Made by a program: the position numbers and the translations under genes. The notes under the pieces were generated by a model. The model ran no database searches, was not told where the DNA came from, and saw only the letters and a list, made by a program, of their open reading frames with translations. A stretch of DNA of 64,000 nt from Gammaproteobacteria bacterium (GTDB lineage Bacteria; Pseudomonadota; Gammaproteobacteria; Eutrophobiales; Eutrophobiaceae): NCBI GenBank assembly GCA_965243205.1, contig CBDEUK010000002.1, positions 1,280,001 to 1,344,000 on the forward strand. The letters run 5' to 3'. The first letter of the stretch is position 1. The number at the start of each line of letters is the position of its first letter. This document shows, one piece after another, positions 26,712-39,474 of the stretch.

Positions 26712-27694
26712 CTAGATAAGAATTTACGCTTTATTTCCTGAGATAATTGATACGCTGCCATAGCATAAAGATGGCTATGATTATAACGTGTAATCACATA
26801 AAAATTGTGCATGCCAACCCAGTATTCGAGTTGAGAATCTGTCTCTAGTTCCAACAAACTGTATTTAGATTCGTCAGAAATGGCTGCAACAGGTTTTACT
26901 TTAAATTTCTCGACTATTTCTTCTTTACTATATTTTGGTTTTAATTGATTTTTTTCCGCCGATTTATGAGCATCCCCTGAAATACTAGCTCTAACCACAA
27001 TTTCTTCATCTTTATGCCATTTATGCATATGAAAATAGTTCGCAACAGAACCAATAGCATCAACAGGATTATTCCAAATATCGATTTTATTATCATCATC
27101 AAAATCAATTGCATAGTGTCGATAACTACTTGGAATAAACTGCGGTATGCCCATAGCACCTGCATAAGAACCGTAAAGTGTTAATGGATCAACATTTTGA
27201 TCAACACATAAGAGTAAAAATTCTTCTAACTGTTTGCGAAAAAATTTAGCACGTTTTGGATAATAAAAACCCAGTGTGCTTAAGGCATCAATGACCTTAT
27301 GCTTACCGGTAAATTTACCGAATCGAGTTTCCACACCAATAATGGCAACAATCATTTCAGGCGGCACACCATATATTTGATGAGCGCGTTCTAAATCAGC
27401 GCGGTATTTATTCCAAAACTCCATACCTTTTAAACTACGCTTTCCATCAATAAAAATTTTTCGATATTGCCCCCATGTTAATTTTTTTTCAGCTGGTCGA
27501 GAAATAGCATCTAATATCGATTGTGATTTACTGACTTGAGAAAATAAGGTTATGAGTTCATCTTCAAGAAAATGGTGCTTATTCACCATTTCATTTATAA
27601 ATTTTTCTACTTCGGGATCTTTAGAAGATAAAGCAAATACTGCTGAAATAGAAAAATTTAGAATTATGAAAATTATTATTTTTATTTTAAACAC
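26708..27694 (-). CDS. mltB: Lytic murein transglycosylase B
   Basis: IIGVETRFG, GSYAGAMG.PQFIPSSY, ITRYNHS..YAM. Confidence 0.93.
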   Translation of the reverse strand: MFKIKIIIFIILNFSISAVFALSSKDPEVEKFINEMVNKHHFLEDELITLFSQVSKSQSILDAISRPAEKKLTWGQYRKIFIDGKRSLKGMEFWNKYRADLERAHQIYGVPPEMIVAIIGVETRFGKFTGKHKVIDALSTLGFYYPKRAKFFRKQLEEFLLLCVDQNVDPLTLYGSYAGAMGIPQFIPSSYRHYAIDFDDDNKIDIWNNPVDAIGSVANYFHMHKWHKDEEIVVRASISGDAHKSAEKNQLKPKYSKEEIVEKFKVKPVAAISDESKYSLLELETDSQLEYWVGMHNFYVITRYNHSHLYAMAAYQLSQEIKRKFLSR

Positions 27695-27704
27695 GTTTTA
27701 ACCT

Positions 27705-28793
27705 TTAAGATAATAATCGCTTATGGGTTTCAATACTCATTAATAATCCAAACCCAATCATTAAAGTAACGATCGAGCTTCCGCCATAACTAATCAAGGG
27801 TAAAGGAACCCCTACGACTGGTAATTGGCCTGTCACCATCCCTATATTAACAAAAACATAGACAAAGAAGGTTAAAATTATTCCACTGGCTAATAATTTT
27901 CCAAAGGTTTCTTGAGCATGCATAGCGATATATAAACCACGAATTATTAACACTAAATACAATGCAATTAAGAATAAAACGCCTATAAAACCAAATTCTT
28001 CACAATAAACAGCAAAAATGAAATCGGTTGATCGTTCCGGTAAAAACTCTAAATGGGACTGCGTTCCTTCAAGCCAACCTTTGCCATATAAACCACCAGA
28101 ACCGATTGCTATCTTCGACTGAATGATATGATAACCAGAGCCTAAAGGATCTTGTTCAGGATTTAAAAAAGTCAGCACGCGTTGTTTTTGATATTCATGC
28201 ATAAAATTCCATAAAATCACAGCACCTGGTAATAACATCAAAATCGATCCAGTAATTATTTTCCAACTGATCCCAGTAATAAATAGAATTGATAAACCGG
28301 CCATTGCTACTAAGATAGAAGTTCCTAAATCCGGTTGCTTAGCTATCAGTAACACAGGAATAAAAATTATCACCAATGACTGAATAACGCGCGAGAGATT
28401 CGGTGGCAAGGCTTTATCAGAAAAAAACCAAGAAATAGCAATAGGTAGAGCTAACTTCATAATTTCCGAAGGCTGGAAACGCACAAAACCCAAATTCAAC
28501 CAACGTTGCGCACCTTTGCCTGTATCACCAAAAAACAATACTGCCAACAACAATAGAACTCCAAAAACATATAGCATAGGAGCCCATCGTTGAATTGTCG
28601 TAATTGGAAACTGAGCAACAACTAACATTAATCCAAATGCAACAACCAATCGGATCGAATGTTTATAAACGATCTGTTCACTGCTGCCACTAGCGCTGAA
28701 AATAGCAAATAAACCTAAAATAGCTAAAGCACTCGTAACAAATAGAATAATAAAATCTATATGCAATTTTTTTGAGAGTGATATTTGTTCCAT
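27705..28793 (-). CDS. rodA: Rod shape-determining SEDS protein RodA
   Basis: GAQRW, QPSE..K, QPDLGT, FLPE..TDFIF, PLISYGGSS. Confidence 0.95.
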   Translation of the reverse strand: MEQISLSKKLHIDFIILFVTSALAILGLFAIFSASGSSEQIVYKHSIRLVVAFGLMLVVAQFPITTIQRWAPMLYVFGVLLLLAVLFFGDTGKGAQRWLNLGFVRFQPSEIMKLALPIAISWFFSDKALPPNLSRVIQSLVIIFIPVLLIAKQPDLGTSILVAMAGLSILFITGISWKIITGSILMLLPGAVILWNFMHEYQKQRVLTFLNPEQDPLGSGYHIIQSKIAIGSGGLYGKGWLEGTQSHLEFLPERSTDFIFAVYCEEFGFIGVLFLIALYLVLIIRGLYIAMHAQETFGKLLASGIILTFFVYVFVNIGMVTGQLPVVGVPLPLISYGGSSIVTLMIGFGLLMSIETHKRLLS

Positions 28794-28805
28794 TGAGTTT
28801 CGTTA

Positions 28806-30659
28806 TTACAATTTATTGGTGTTTAACAAATAATGATCAAATAATTCTCTAGCAATTGGCGCAGCACTAGACGAACCACTGCCTCCATTCTCTACTAATA
28901 TAGCTATTGCAATAACTGGATTTTCAACAGGTGCAAACGCTATGAACCATGCATGATCATGAAACTCTTCAGCCAGCTCATCTTTATCATATTCAGCATC
29001 TTGAGCAATACTGATCACTTGAGCTGTACCTGTCTTACCAGCAAATTCATATTCACTGTTTAAACCACTTCTTTTAGCCGTGCCTTGTGGATGATGAACC
29101 ACGTTTCTCATTGACTCGATAATAGTATCCCAATGCTTTGGTTCTTTGTTGGGTATGGAATTAAGCACTTTAGGCTCTACTACGGTTTGTATTGGTTTGA
29201 TTGGATCGGAAATCAAGGAAACCAATGTTGGTTTATAAAGTTTTCCTAGGTTTGCCAATGCAGAAGTTGCAGCAACTAGTTGTAATGGAGTAACTAATGT
29301 ATAACCTTGGCCAATACCAACAATTACTGTCTCACCAGGATACCACGGCTGATTATATTTCTTCCTTTTCCATTCCCGAGAAGGTAATAACGCACTGGAC
29401 TCACCTTCTATATCAACACCGGTTTTTTTTCCAAAACCAAATTTAGATAGATCTTTATGGATATTATTAATACCCATCTCAACTGCCAACGAATAGAAAA
29501 AAACATCACATGACTCCATAATTGCATGATTCAAATCCGTCAAGCCATGCCCTTGTTTTTTCCAATCTCGATAACGATGTGTATTACCCTTTAATGAATA
29601 CCAACCAGGACACCATACGTCTTCTTTGTTATCAATCAAATGCGATTCTAATGCACTGTACCCTAAAAAAGGTTTAATCGTTGAACCTGGAGGGTATTTA
29701 CCATTCATTACTCGATTAATTAACGGTCTAGCATCTGAACTAAGTAATTGTTGATACGATTTTGAATCAATACCGTTCACAAATAAGTTAGGGTCATAAC
29801 TTGGCTGACTAACAAAAGCCAGCAATTCACCATTACGTGGATCCATTGCTACGATAGCACCACGTCTATCTTTTAATGCCTCATTGGCTTTGCTTTGTAA
29901 TGATAAATCGATACTTAATGTTAGATGTTTACCTGACTCAGGAGCTTGACGTTCCAAGACACGAATCACTCTACCTTGAGCATTAACTTCAACTTGTTGG
30001 TAACCTACTTTGCCATGCAATACATCTTCATATGATCGTTCAATACCTAATTTTCCTACATGGGTAGTTCCACTGTAGTTTGTTGCATCAAGCGATTTTA
30101 AATCATCCTCATCAATTCTACCGACATAACCAATCGAATGAACAGTCATATCTCCATAAGGATAAATACGATTTAATCGACCAACCACTTCGGCCCCAGG
30201 TAGTTGATGTCTATTAACAGAAAGCTTTGCAACTTCTTGTTCAGTTAAATTAAATCGTAAAGGTATGCTTTCAAATTTACGTTTTCTTTTTAAAGTTTTT
30301 TTAAAACGTTCTATCTGCTCAGGACTTACTGAAACTAGCACCTTTAACTGATCAATGAGTTGATCAATATCTTTAGTATCTTCCGGGGTAATCTCTAACG
30401 TGAAAGATGAATAGTTATCTGCTAATAGAGTGCCATCACGGCTATAAATCAAACCTCTAATCGGTGCTATCGGTAAAACTTTCACTCGATTATCCAAAGA
30501 CAGTGTCGAGAAATGTTCGAATTGAGTAACTTGAAGATAAAAAATTCTAACGGTTAAAAATAACAATAATAAAACAATAATCGCTAACCCAGCAAAAATT
30601 CTAAAGCGAATGATTTGCTGTTCATACTCTTTGTTATTGAGAATGAATTTTTTCTGCAA
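28806..30659 (-). CDS. mrdA: Penicillin-binding protein 2
   Basis: RGLIYSR.G, PPGSTIKP, SCD, KTGTAQV. Confidence 0.95.
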   Translation of the reverse strand: MQKKFILNNKEYEQQIIRFRIFAGLAIIVLLLLFLTVRIFYLQVTQFEHFSTLSLDNRVKVLPIAPIRGLIYSRDGTLLADNYSSFTLEITPEDTKDIDQLIDQLKVLVSVSPEQIERFKKTLKRKRKFESIPLRFNLTEQEVAKLSVNRHQLPGAEVVGRLNRIYPYGDMTVHSIGYVGRIDEDDLKSLDATNYSGTTHVGKLGIERSYEDVLHGKVGYQQVEVNAQGRVIRVLERQAPESGKHLTLSIDLSLQSKANEALKDRRGAIVAMDPRNGELLAFVSQPSYDPNLFVNGIDSKSYQQLLSSDARPLINRVMNGKYPPGSTIKPFLGYSALESHLIDNKEDVWCPGWYSLKGNTHRYRDWKKQGHGLTDLNHAIMESCDVFFYSLAVEMGINNIHKDLSKFGFGKKTGVDIEGESSALLPSREWKRKKYNQPWYPGETVIVGIGQGYTLVTPLQLVAATSALANLGKLYKPTLVSLISDPIKPIQTVVEPKVLNSIPNKEPKHWDTIIESMRNVVHHPQGTAKRSGLNSEYEFAGKTGTAQVISIAQDAEYDKDELAEEFHDHAWFIAFAPVENPVIAIAILVENGGSGSSSAAPIARELFDHYLLNTNKL

Positions 30660-30664
30660 ATGAT

Positions 30665-31153
30665 CTAATACACATTAAATTTACGGCGGATATCTCTTAA
30701 CACAATAAATAACCATGGCCATAAAAACATACTGGTTAAAACAGGCATCCAATACAAAACATTTATATCAGGTGTTTCTATTAGACTACGAATCCATAAT
30801 ACAAGTAAGAGATAAAAAGAAATGATAAAACCAATAAACAAAGATTGTTGAAGTAGCGAGTATACCCGTATTCTTAGGAAAGATTTAATAATGATATACG
30901 CTAACAATGCATAACCTAGAGCATTTAAACCTAACATCGTGCCTTGTAACACATCGATCATTAAACCCAGCACCCAAGCTACACCAATTCCAACTCTACT
31001 AGGTAATGCCATAACCCAATATATCAATACTAAAGCTACCCAGACAGGACGCCAAACTGTTGCCCAATCTGGTAATGGCATTGCGGTTAACATAAACGCA
31101 ATTAAAAAGCTTAAAGCGATAATATAGGTACCGTGTCGCTCAGTCTTCATCAT
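30665..31153 (-). CDS. mreD: Rod shape-determining protein MreD
   Basis: RP.W..LVLIYW...P..VG, D.L.G..LG; position in the mre operon. Confidence 0.92.
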   Translation of the reverse strand: MMKTERHGTYIIALSFLIAFMLTAMPLPDWATVWRPVWVALVLIYWVMALPSRVGIGVAWVLGLMIDVLQGTMLGLNALGYALLAYIIIKSFLRIRVYSLLQQSLFIGFIISFYLLLVLWIRSLIETPDINVLYWMPVLTSMFLWPWLFIVLRDIRRKFNVY

Positions 31154-32018
31154 GACGGTAAGCTAATTCATTTTCATCGTTGTTATTTTGACTAAACTGT
31201 TCTTGTGGCCAAACTAATAACACTTCACGACTGCTTTCAAGTCTAGCACTCGGCTTAACAATAACTTTCGCAAACGACTCACCTGGCTCAAGTGAAATAC
31301 TATCGACAACACCAACAGGATAACCAGAAGGAAAACGACGACCCAAGCCAGAAGAAACAATTAAATCGCCAACACTGATATCAGCATTGGTTGGAAGATG
31401 TTCTAGTAATAATAAATCCTTTTGACCTGTACCAACGGCAATGGCTCTCAAACCATTACGATTGATTTGAACTGGGATTGAATGCGTTGGGTCTGTGATT
31501 AACAAAACATCGCTATAAAAAGGACTAACATAAACAATTTGCCCCATGATTCCATTTGCATCTAGAATTGGCTGTCCATCATAAGCACCTTGATTTTGGC
31601 CTTTATCTATTCGAATTTGATGCTTAAACGGCTGTAAATCGACAGCCATTAACTCTGCAATTAAGACACGTTCAGACAACCTTAAAGACGATTCAAATAA
31701 TTCTCTAAGTCGATTATTTTCTGCTTCAAGAACAGCGTAACGTTGTAATTTTGAATTAAGTAATAATTGCTCTTCTTTTAATCGTTCATTCTCTTTTTTC
31801 AATGTTCCATGTGTTAGAACAAATTCATTTGCAAATGTAACAATTTTTACAGGTAAGTTTACAACATATTGAACAGGATAAATCAGAGTTGAGAGAGAAG
31901 AACGTATCGTATCAAGATAACCTAAACGATGATCCAAAAACATGGCAGCAATCGATATAAAGATAAACAAAACGATCTTTATATTTGCACTATGTGTATT
32001 TTGAAACAGTTTAGCCAA
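31140..32018 (-). CDS. mreC: Rod shape-determining protein MreC
   Basis: TM + coiled coil EN.RLR.L, IDKG...G, SGLG..FP.GYPVG. Confidence 0.93.
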   Translation of the reverse strand: MAKLFQNTHSANIKIVLFIFISIAAMFLDHRLGYLDTIRSSLSTLIYPVQYVVNLPVKIVTFANEFVLTHGTLKKENERLKEEQLLLNSKLQRYAVLEAENNRLRELFESSLRLSERVLIAELMAVDLQPFKHQIRIDKGQNQGAYDGQPILDANGIMGQIVYVSPFYSDVLLITDPTHSIPVQINRNGLRAIAVGTGQKDLLLLEHLPTNADISVGDLIVSSGLGRRFPSGYPVGVVDSISLEPGESFAKVIVKPSARLESSREVLLVWPQEQFSQNNNDENELAYRHDED

Positions 32019-32042
32019 TGTTGAACTGTCCTCTATTAATAA

Positions 32043-33128
<1,086 letters not shown>

Positions 33129-33258
33129 CTACTAAAGCGGTAATTTACAGATGAAATAATCGTTTTTTTATTGTAGTGTTTGCCCCTGTTTTTGGCAGTG
33201 AAAACACTAATTAGCTCCCCATATCCGCTTTATTTTAGTAATAAAAACGCCATACCTT

Positions 33259-33287
33259 AGTGTATCTTTGGATGGCTATTTGGGCAA
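33259..33287 (-). promoter_or_regulatory. Putative sigma70 promoter of the mre/mrd operon
   Basis: Minus strand TTGCCC-17 bp-TACACT. Confidence 0.5.
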
Positions 33288-33341
33288 GGTTAAGATTGTG
33301 CTAAATTTCCTATTTTATCAATTAATAACGAGAACAATTTG

Positions 33342-33629
33342 ATGTCACTCGATAATAACAATATCAAAAATATTGCTTGGCTGGCTCGTTTAGCCATTGA
33401 AGAAAATGAAATACCCAAGTACCAGGAAGATCTGAGCCGAATTTTAGGCTTGGTTGAAACCATGGATTCCGTTGATACTTCAGAATTGAAGCCATTAGCC
33501 CACCCACTTGAGATCAATGCAAGACTCAGAGCTGATGAAATCACCGAATCCAATAATCGAGATGAGTTCCAGTCCATCGCACCAGAGGTCGAGGATGGAC
33601 ATTATCTTGTGCCTAAAGTCATCGAATAA
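33342..33629 (+). CDS. gatC: Asp/Glu-tRNA amidotransferase subunit C
   Basis: IA.LARL, PLAHP, LR.D, YLVPKVIE. Confidence 0.95.
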   Translation: MSLDNNNIKNIAWLARLAIEENEIPKYQEDLSRILGLVETMDSVDTSELKPLAHPLEINARLRADEITESNNRDEFQSIAPEVEDGHYLVPKVIE

Positions 33630-33662
33630 TAATAATCGCTAGTCCTCAATATAATTTACGAT

Positions 33663-35117
33663 ATGCATACTAAAACCCTTACGGAACTCAGCCACGAACT
33701 GAACTCTAAAACCATCAGTTCAGAAGAGTTAACCAAACTGTTCCTTGATCGAATCAAACAGCATGACTCATCTATCAATAGTTTTATCACCGTAGATGAA
33801 GAAAACGCTGTTAAACAAGCCAAACAAGCTGATATTAAACGTTCTAATGGAGAACATACTGCTCTTACAGGCATACCCATAGCCCAAAAAGATATTTTTT
33901 GTACTCAGGGAATAAAAACCAGTTGTGGCTCAAAAATGTTAGATAACTTTATTTCACCCTACGATGCCACTGTCATACATAAATGTAATGAAGCAGGTTT
34001 AGTCATATTGGGTAAAACGAATATGGACGAATTCGCTATGGGTTCATCAAACGAAACAAGTTTTTATGGCAATGTCATGAACCCATGGGATCTGGAACGT
34101 GTACCTGGCGGTTCTTCAGGTGGTTCTGCTGCAGCTGTTGCTGCTCGATTAGCACCTGCAGCTACTGGTACAGATACGGGCGGTTCAATTCGTCAACCCT
34201 CTTCGTTTTGTGGATTAACGGGACTCAAGCCAACTTATGGTCGTGTTTCTCGCTATGGCATGATCGCCTTTGCATCCAGCTTGGATCAAGGTGGTCCTAT
34301 GACGCAATCAGCTGAAGATGCAGCATTATTAATGAACTGCATGGCTGGTTTTGATGCTAAAGACTCTACTTCAGTCGATCATTCAGTACCTGATTACACG
34401 GAAACCCTATCAAACTCTCTCGAAGGTATTCGCATTGGGTTACCAAAAGAATATTTTGATGAGCGTCTTGATTCGAATATCGCAAAACTCATTGATGATG
34501 CCGTTAAAGAATATGAAAAGCTAGGCGCAGTAATTAAAACCATTTCACTACCCAATACAGAGTTATCGATTCCTGCTTATTATGTCGTAGCTCCAGCAGA
34601 ATGTTCTTCCAACTTATCTCGGCTTGATGGTGTGCGTTACGGTTATCGTTGCGATGATCCAAAAGATTTAAATGATCTATACACTCGTTCACGTGGTGAA
34701 GGTTTTGGCAGAGAAGTAAAACGTCGAATCATGATAGGCACATATGCTTTATCGGCAGGTTATTACGATGCCTATTACCTTAAAGCCCAACAAATCCGTC
34801 GTTTGATAAAACAAGACTTCCTATCAGCGCTTGATGAAGTTGATGTAATTTTAAGCCCGACTACTCCTAGCACAGCTTTTAAGATTAATGAAAAAACCGA
34901 TGATCCAGTCAGTATGTACCTATCGGATATTTATACAGTATCTGTCAACCTTGCTGGCTTACCATCGATTTCAATACCTGCGGGTTTTATCGAAGGTTTA
35001 CCTATCGGCTTACAAATGACCGGTAATTTTTTTAACGAACCATTATTATTAAACATGGCGCATCAATATCAACAAGTCAGTGACTGGCACAAACAAATTC
35101 CGGAGGCTTTTCAATAA
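33663..35117 (+). CDS. gatA: Asp/Glu-tRNA amidotransferase subunit A
   Basis: [33 protein letters not shown] amidase signature. Confidence 0.97.
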   Translation: MHTKTLTELSHELNSKTISSEELTKLFLDRIKQHDSSINSFITVDEENAVKQAKQADIKRSNGEHTALTGIPIAQKDIFCTQGIKTSCGSKMLDNFISPYDATVIHKCNEAGLVILGKTNMDEFAMGSSNETSFYGNVMNPWDLERVPGGSSGGSAAAVAARLAPAATGTDTGGSIRQPSSFCGLTGLKPTYGRVSRYGMIAFASSLDQGGPMTQSAEDAALLMNCMAGFDAKDSTSVDHSVPDYTETLSNSLEGIRIGLPKEYFDERLDSNIAKLIDDAVKEYEKLGAVIKTISLPNTELSIPAYYVVAPAECSSNLSRLDGVRYGYRCDDPKDLNDLYTRSRGEGFGREVKRRIMIGTYALSAGYYDAYYLKAQQIRRLIKQDFLSALDEVDVILSPTTPSTAFKINEKTDDPVSMYLSDIYTVSVNLAGLPSISIPAGFIEGLPIGLQMTGNFFNEPLLLNMAHQYQQVSDWHKQIPEAFQ

Positions 35118-36562
35118 TGGAATGGGAAACAGTTATTGGTTTAGAAATTCATTGTCAACTTGCGACAAAAAGCAAAATATTTTCTGGCGCAGCGACACAA
35201 TATGGAGCTGCAGCAAATACTCAAGCATGTGCAGTTGATTTAGGTTTACCGGGCGTATTACCAGTGATTAATGAAGAAGTCGTTCGCATGGCCGTGCAAT
35301 TTGGTTTAGCCGTTAATGCTGAAATTGGTATGACTTCAGTATTCGCTCGTAAAAATTATTTTTATCCTGACTTGCCCAAAGGTTATCAAATCAGTCAGTT
35401 TGAATTACCTATTGTCGGTCGCGGTGAATTAGAAATTGAACTCGAAGATGGTACAAAAAAAATAGTTGGTATTACCCGTGCTCATTTAGAAGAAGATGCA
35501 GGTAAATCAGTGCATGAAGGCTTTATGAATATGACCGGTATCGATTTAAACCGAGCGGGTACACCGTTAATTGAAATCGTTTCAGAACCTGATATGCGCA
35601 ATGCGAAAGAAGCCGTTGCTTATATGAAAAAAATTCATAACCTCGTACGCTACCTGGAAATTTCTGACGGTAATATGCAAGAAGGTTCTTTTCGTTGTGA
35701 TGCAAACGTCTCTGTTCGCTTACAAGGTGAAGAAGAGTTTGGAACGCGTACTGAACTTAAAAACATCAACTCTTTCCGCTTTGTCGAACAAGCGATCAAT
35801 TTTGAAGTTGACAGACAAATCGATGTACTTGAATCTGGTGGAGAAATCACTCAGGAAACTCGTTTATACGATCCGAATAAAGATGAAACTCGTTCTATGC
35901 GCAGTAAAGAAGAAGCGAATGACTATCGTTACTTCCCCGATCCAGATTTATTACCGATTGAATTAGAACAAGACTATGTTGATATACTCAAAGCTAATCT
36001 ACCTGAACTACCTGAAGCAAAAAAACAACGTTTTATAGATGAATATTCTTTATCCGATTACGATTCAGGCGTACTAACGGCACAAAAAGAAATGGCGGAA
36101 TTTTTTGAGTCGGTCGTTAACGAATCTAATGCTAAACCTAAACTTTGTGCAAATTGGATCAGTGGTGAATTTAGTGCTGCTTTAAATCGTGAAAACATGG
36201 ATGTCAGTGAATCTCCTATCAGCGCTACTGATCTCGCTCAACTGATTGCTCGTATAGAAGACAATACCATTTCAGGTAAAATCGCTAAGCAAGTATTCGA
36301 AGCAATGTGGTCTGGCGAAGGAACTGCAGACGACATCATTGAAAAGAAAGGTCTTAAACAAATGTCAGACACTGGGGAACTTGAAAAATTAATTGATGAC
36401 ATTATTCAAAGTAACCCTGATCAAGTCGCTCAATATAAAAATAATCCTGATAAACAAGGCAAATTAATTGGCTATTTTGTTGGTCAATTGATGAAAATGA
36501 CTCAAGGTAAAGCCAACCCTAAACAAGCCAATGAGTTACTCAGTAAAAAACTCAACTCATAA
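35117..36562 (+). CDS. gatB: Asp/Glu-tRNA amidotransferase subunit B
   Basis: [42 protein letters not shown]. Confidence 0.97.
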   Translation: MEWETVIGLEIHCQLATKSKIFSGAATQYGAAANTQACAVDLGLPGVLPVINEEVVRMAVQFGLAVNAEIGMTSVFARKNYFYPDLPKGYQISQFELPIVGRGELEIELEDGTKKIVGITRAHLEEDAGKSVHEGFMNMTGIDLNRAGTPLIEIVSEPDMRNAKEAVAYMKKIHNLVRYLEISDGNMQEGSFRCDANVSVRLQGEEEFGTRTELKNINSFRFVEQAINFEVDRQIDVLESGGEITQETRLYDPNKDETRSMRSKEEANDYRYFPDPDLLPIELEQDYVDILKANLPELPEAKKQRFIDEYSLSDYDSGVLTAQKEMAEFFESVVNESNAKPKLCANWISGEFSAALNRENMDVSESPISATDLAQLIARIEDNTISGKIAKQVFEAMWSGEGTADDIIEKKGLKQMSDTGELEKLIDDIIQSNPDQVAQYKNNPDKQGKLIGYFVGQLMKMTQGKANPKQANELLSKKLNS

Positions 36563-36586
36563 AAAAAGGCCTTACGGCCTTTTTTT
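36561..36586. terminator. Bidirectional intrinsic terminator between convergent gatB and mtdB
   Basis: AAAAAAAGGCC-TTAC-GGCCTTTTTTT. Confidence 0.85.
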
Positions 36587-36607
36587 ATTTTGCTAACTTC
36601 TTACTAA

Positions 36608-37528
36608 TTAAGCCGCCTTATCTTTTTTACTCAAATTTTCCAAAAGACTTGAAGCGTATGCAAAAGCATCTGGAAAGTCGATGATTGCGACCTTTTCTGA
36701 TTTTTGGATCTGTTCAAATAAACCATATTGAGTTTTGTATTTAACATCCCCAATAGCTAGAGAACCAATCGACCAAAATGGTCTACCGTTTGCGTCATCT
36801 TTTACCCCATTATCTTTAGCATCGACATGAGCAATACCGCTCGGAGGAACTGCGTTTGTATCTGCAGCGACTAATAATTTTTCTGCGTGTTGCATAACAT
36901 CAACATCTAAAATTCTTATACCTGCTTTGGCAGCACAAAGAATGACTTCGCTGTCTCTAACAATTTCAGTTTTTTCTTCAAAGGTCTGTCCTGAAACCCA
37001 TTCAATTTCTACGTTATAACGTTCCGCAAAACGTAATGCTGTTTTCGAATCATCGTCAGCTGTTAATTGACATAGTTTTGTTTTAGCTCCATGTTGAGCA
37101 GTTAAAATAGCGATACTAAGCCCTACTGGACCGGTACCAAAGATTGAAACTGTCTTACCATTTAAATCACTATTTGAGTGTTCTTTTAATGCTTTCTCAA
37201 CTAAAGCCACAACGCTGGCTGAAGTGGTATAGGCGCCATTTGGATCGGCAAACACACCTACTTGAAATGGTCCAACCATCGCTTTACTTGCTAAATCCAA
37301 CATATCTTTAGCCTGATGTACGTCTCTACCACCTAGAAATACACCAGTGTCATTAAATCGACCTGGTGGGCGACAAAAAATAGAATCTTGAACTAATGGC
37401 ACAACATCATTTACTTTCACCCCAGTGATTGGTAAAACTTGGTCAAAACCTGCATCGGCAGCAAGTGTGACGTCAAAAGGGCTAATATTCTCACCAGGTG
37501 TTAAAATGTATAAGATTTTTTGGCTCAT
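36608..37528 (-). CDS. mtdB: NAD(P)-dependent methylene-tetrahydromethanopterin dehydrogenase (MtdB-type)
   Basis: SPFDV..A.DAGFD, VQD.IF.R.P, TGVFLGGRD, FADP.GAYTT, GTGPVG, D.NAVPP.GI, IG.LAIG.VKY. Confidence 0.85.
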   Translation of the reverse strand: MSQKILYILTPGENISPFDVTLAADAGFDQVLPITGVKVNDVVPLVQDSIFCRPPGRFNDTGVFLGGRDVHQAKDMLDLASKAMVGPFQVGVFADPNGAYTTSASVVALVEKALKEHSNSDLNGKTVSIFGTGPVGLSIAILTAQHGAKTKLCQLTADDDSKTALRFAERYNVEIEWVSGQTFEEKTEIVRDSEVILCAAKAGIRILDVDVMQHAEKLLVAADTNAVPPSGIAHVDAKDNGVKDDANGRPFWSIGSLAIGDVKYKTQYGLFEQIQKSEKVAIIDFPDAFAYASSLLENLSKKDKAA

Positions 37529-37638
37529 TTTATTTCTCTCAATCTATTAAATAGGTATAACTTCTTGTTTTGTCTTCCTAATTCTGTATATCGGCGAGAC
37601 TTGCTACAACTTTACTAATAATTTTGATTTCTATAACA

Positions 37639-38436
37639 ATGAACACTGTAGAAAGACTCTATGATCTGGAGGATTCCGAAACAGATAGCCTGTTTGCCGC
37701 CAAAGTTGGGGAACAGACTATAGAGGTCAAAGAATATGAAAACCTTCGATGGCTTACGATTGATGGGGAAGCTATTCAGTCAATCGTCGATATAGAGGCA
37801 CCCTCTGCTTTGATGAACCCCGTGACTCAGATCATGTTAAGTATTTGTTATTTCAGTAAAAAATTAGATTCCATACTAAACCTAGGTATGGGTGGAGGAT
37901 CAATCGAAAGGTTTTTCAACTCTAACTTACCAACGACTACATTAACTTCTGTTGAATCCGAAGAAGTCATCATATATGTAGCACATGAGTATTTTTTTAT
38001 TCCAAATTCATCGATAGTCCATTGTATTGATGCTAATGAATTTATTAATAAATCTTCAAATGAATTTGATCTGATTTTGTGTGATATGTTTGTTGAAGAG
38101 TTTCATCCAGAATTTTTATACACAGAAGCGTTTTATTCCAATATTCAGAATAATTTATCAAAGGAAGGGATTCTTTCTATCAATCTAATTCCTGAAGATG
38201 AAAGCGATCTATTAGAAATTTTACTGCCTCTACGAAAATATTTTACCCATACTTATCTATATGAGCTGGATGAGCATTACAATATTATCCTTTTTGCTAG
38301 TAACCAGCCGCTTGATCTAGATATTCAGAGCCAGCATGAGCAATCGCTAACCCAATCATGCCAACTCTTAGATAAATCAAAATTTTTCAATAGGCTTCAG
38401 ACCCTACCAATAAATAAAAATACCCCAACAATTTAA
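37639..38436 (+). CDS. Spermidine-synthase-like SAM-dependent methyltransferase
   Basis: RWL......QS, LNLGMGGGS, VE....VI.VA..YF, DA..F, DLILCD.F. Confidence 0.75.
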   Translation: MNTVERLYDLEDSETDSLFAAKVGEQTIEVKEYENLRWLTIDGEAIQSIVDIEAPSALMNPVTQIMLSICYFSKKLDSILNLGMGGGSIERFFNSNLPTTTLTSVESEEVIIYVAHEYFFIPNSSIVHCIDANEFINKSSNEFDLILCDMFVEEFHPEFLYTEAFYSNIQNNLSKEGILSINLIPEDESDLLEILLPLRKYFTHTYLYELDEHYNIILFASNQPLDLDIQSQHEQSLTQSCQLLDKSKFFNRLQTLPINKNTPTI

Positions 38437-38546
38437 CATATTGTCATATTTACTCTAAAGGTCTTATTAAAGATCAACGATATAGAGGGTATTCCCAAAA
38501 ATGGTCTCAGATTTGCTAAATACTCTGTATCTTAGGAGTTATAACT

Positions 38547-39467
38547 ATGACACGAACAAATTTTATAAATTTTACGATCGGAACAAAAAGTATTTGTTGG
38601 AAAATTACCCCTCTTATTATATTTAGCCTAGTGTCTTTGAATATAACATTCATCGCTACGGCCTTTTTTGTTGGGACACAAATGAATTCGCAACAATCGA
38701 TTCTATCTCAGGCAGAATTTCCTGATATTAGCCGTACCTTAGAACAACAAAATTCAGCCATTCATCGTGCTAAACTAGACGCAGAAAAAAATATCGATAT
38801 CTTGGGCTCAAAACTTGGTGTTTTGCAACATCAAGTCATTCGACTAAATGCACTAGGACAACGTTTAAGCCATCAATATAAAATTGACGAAATTGATTTT
38901 TCAGAGGATTCTGTCGCTATAGGTGGTGGTGTACAAAGCTCACAAACATCATTTTCAGTCACTGATTTTGTAGCTGAGCTACAACAGTTAGAAGATATTA
39001 TTAAAAAAAATAATGACCAGTTAACAGCTTTAAATTCTTTGTTAGCTAACAAATCATTAGCTAAAAATACTCACCCTTCCATCATGCCAATTAAAGCTTA
39101 TGTTTCTTCATGGTATGGTTGGCGTTCAGATCCTATGAAAAAACATAGCCGTAGAAGTTTCCATGAAGGTATGGATTTCTCAGCAGATGTAGGTACTGGT
39201 ATAAAGTCAGTTGCAGATGGAATTGTTAGTTGGTCAGGTCCAAAGGATCAATATGGTAACTTTGTAGAAATTGATCATGGTAACGGCTATGTAACTCGTT
39301 ACGGACATATTGATGAATTATTTGTTAAAGTAGGCCAACGTGTTAGTAAAGGTCAACAAATCGCTTCTGTTGGTATGACAGGAAGAACAACAGGCCCTCA
39401 TTTACATTTTGAAGTTCAAAAAGACGGGCAACACCTCGATCCTAAAAACTTCATGAAACTGAATTAA
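38547..39467 (+). CDS. M23-family metallopeptidase with N-terminal TM and coiled coil
   Basis: HEGMDF, YGN.V.IDHG, RYGH, TGR.TGPHLHFEV. Confidence 0.92.
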   Translation: MTRTNFINFTIGTKSICWKITPLIIFSLVSLNITFIATAFFVGTQMNSQQSILSQAEFPDISRTLEQQNSAIHRAKLDAEKNIDILGSKLGVLQHQVIRLNALGQRLSHQYKIDEIDFSEDSVAIGGGVQSSQTSFSVTDFVAELQQLEDIIKKNNDQLTALNSLLANKSLAKNTHPSIMPIKAYVSSWYGWRSDPMKKHSRRSFHEGMDFSADVGTGIKSVADGIVSWSGPKDQYGNFVEIDHGNGYVTRYGHIDELFVKVGQRVSKGQQIASVGMTGRTTGPHLHFEVQKDGQHLDPKNFMKLN

Positions 39468-39474
39468 TTTAAGT

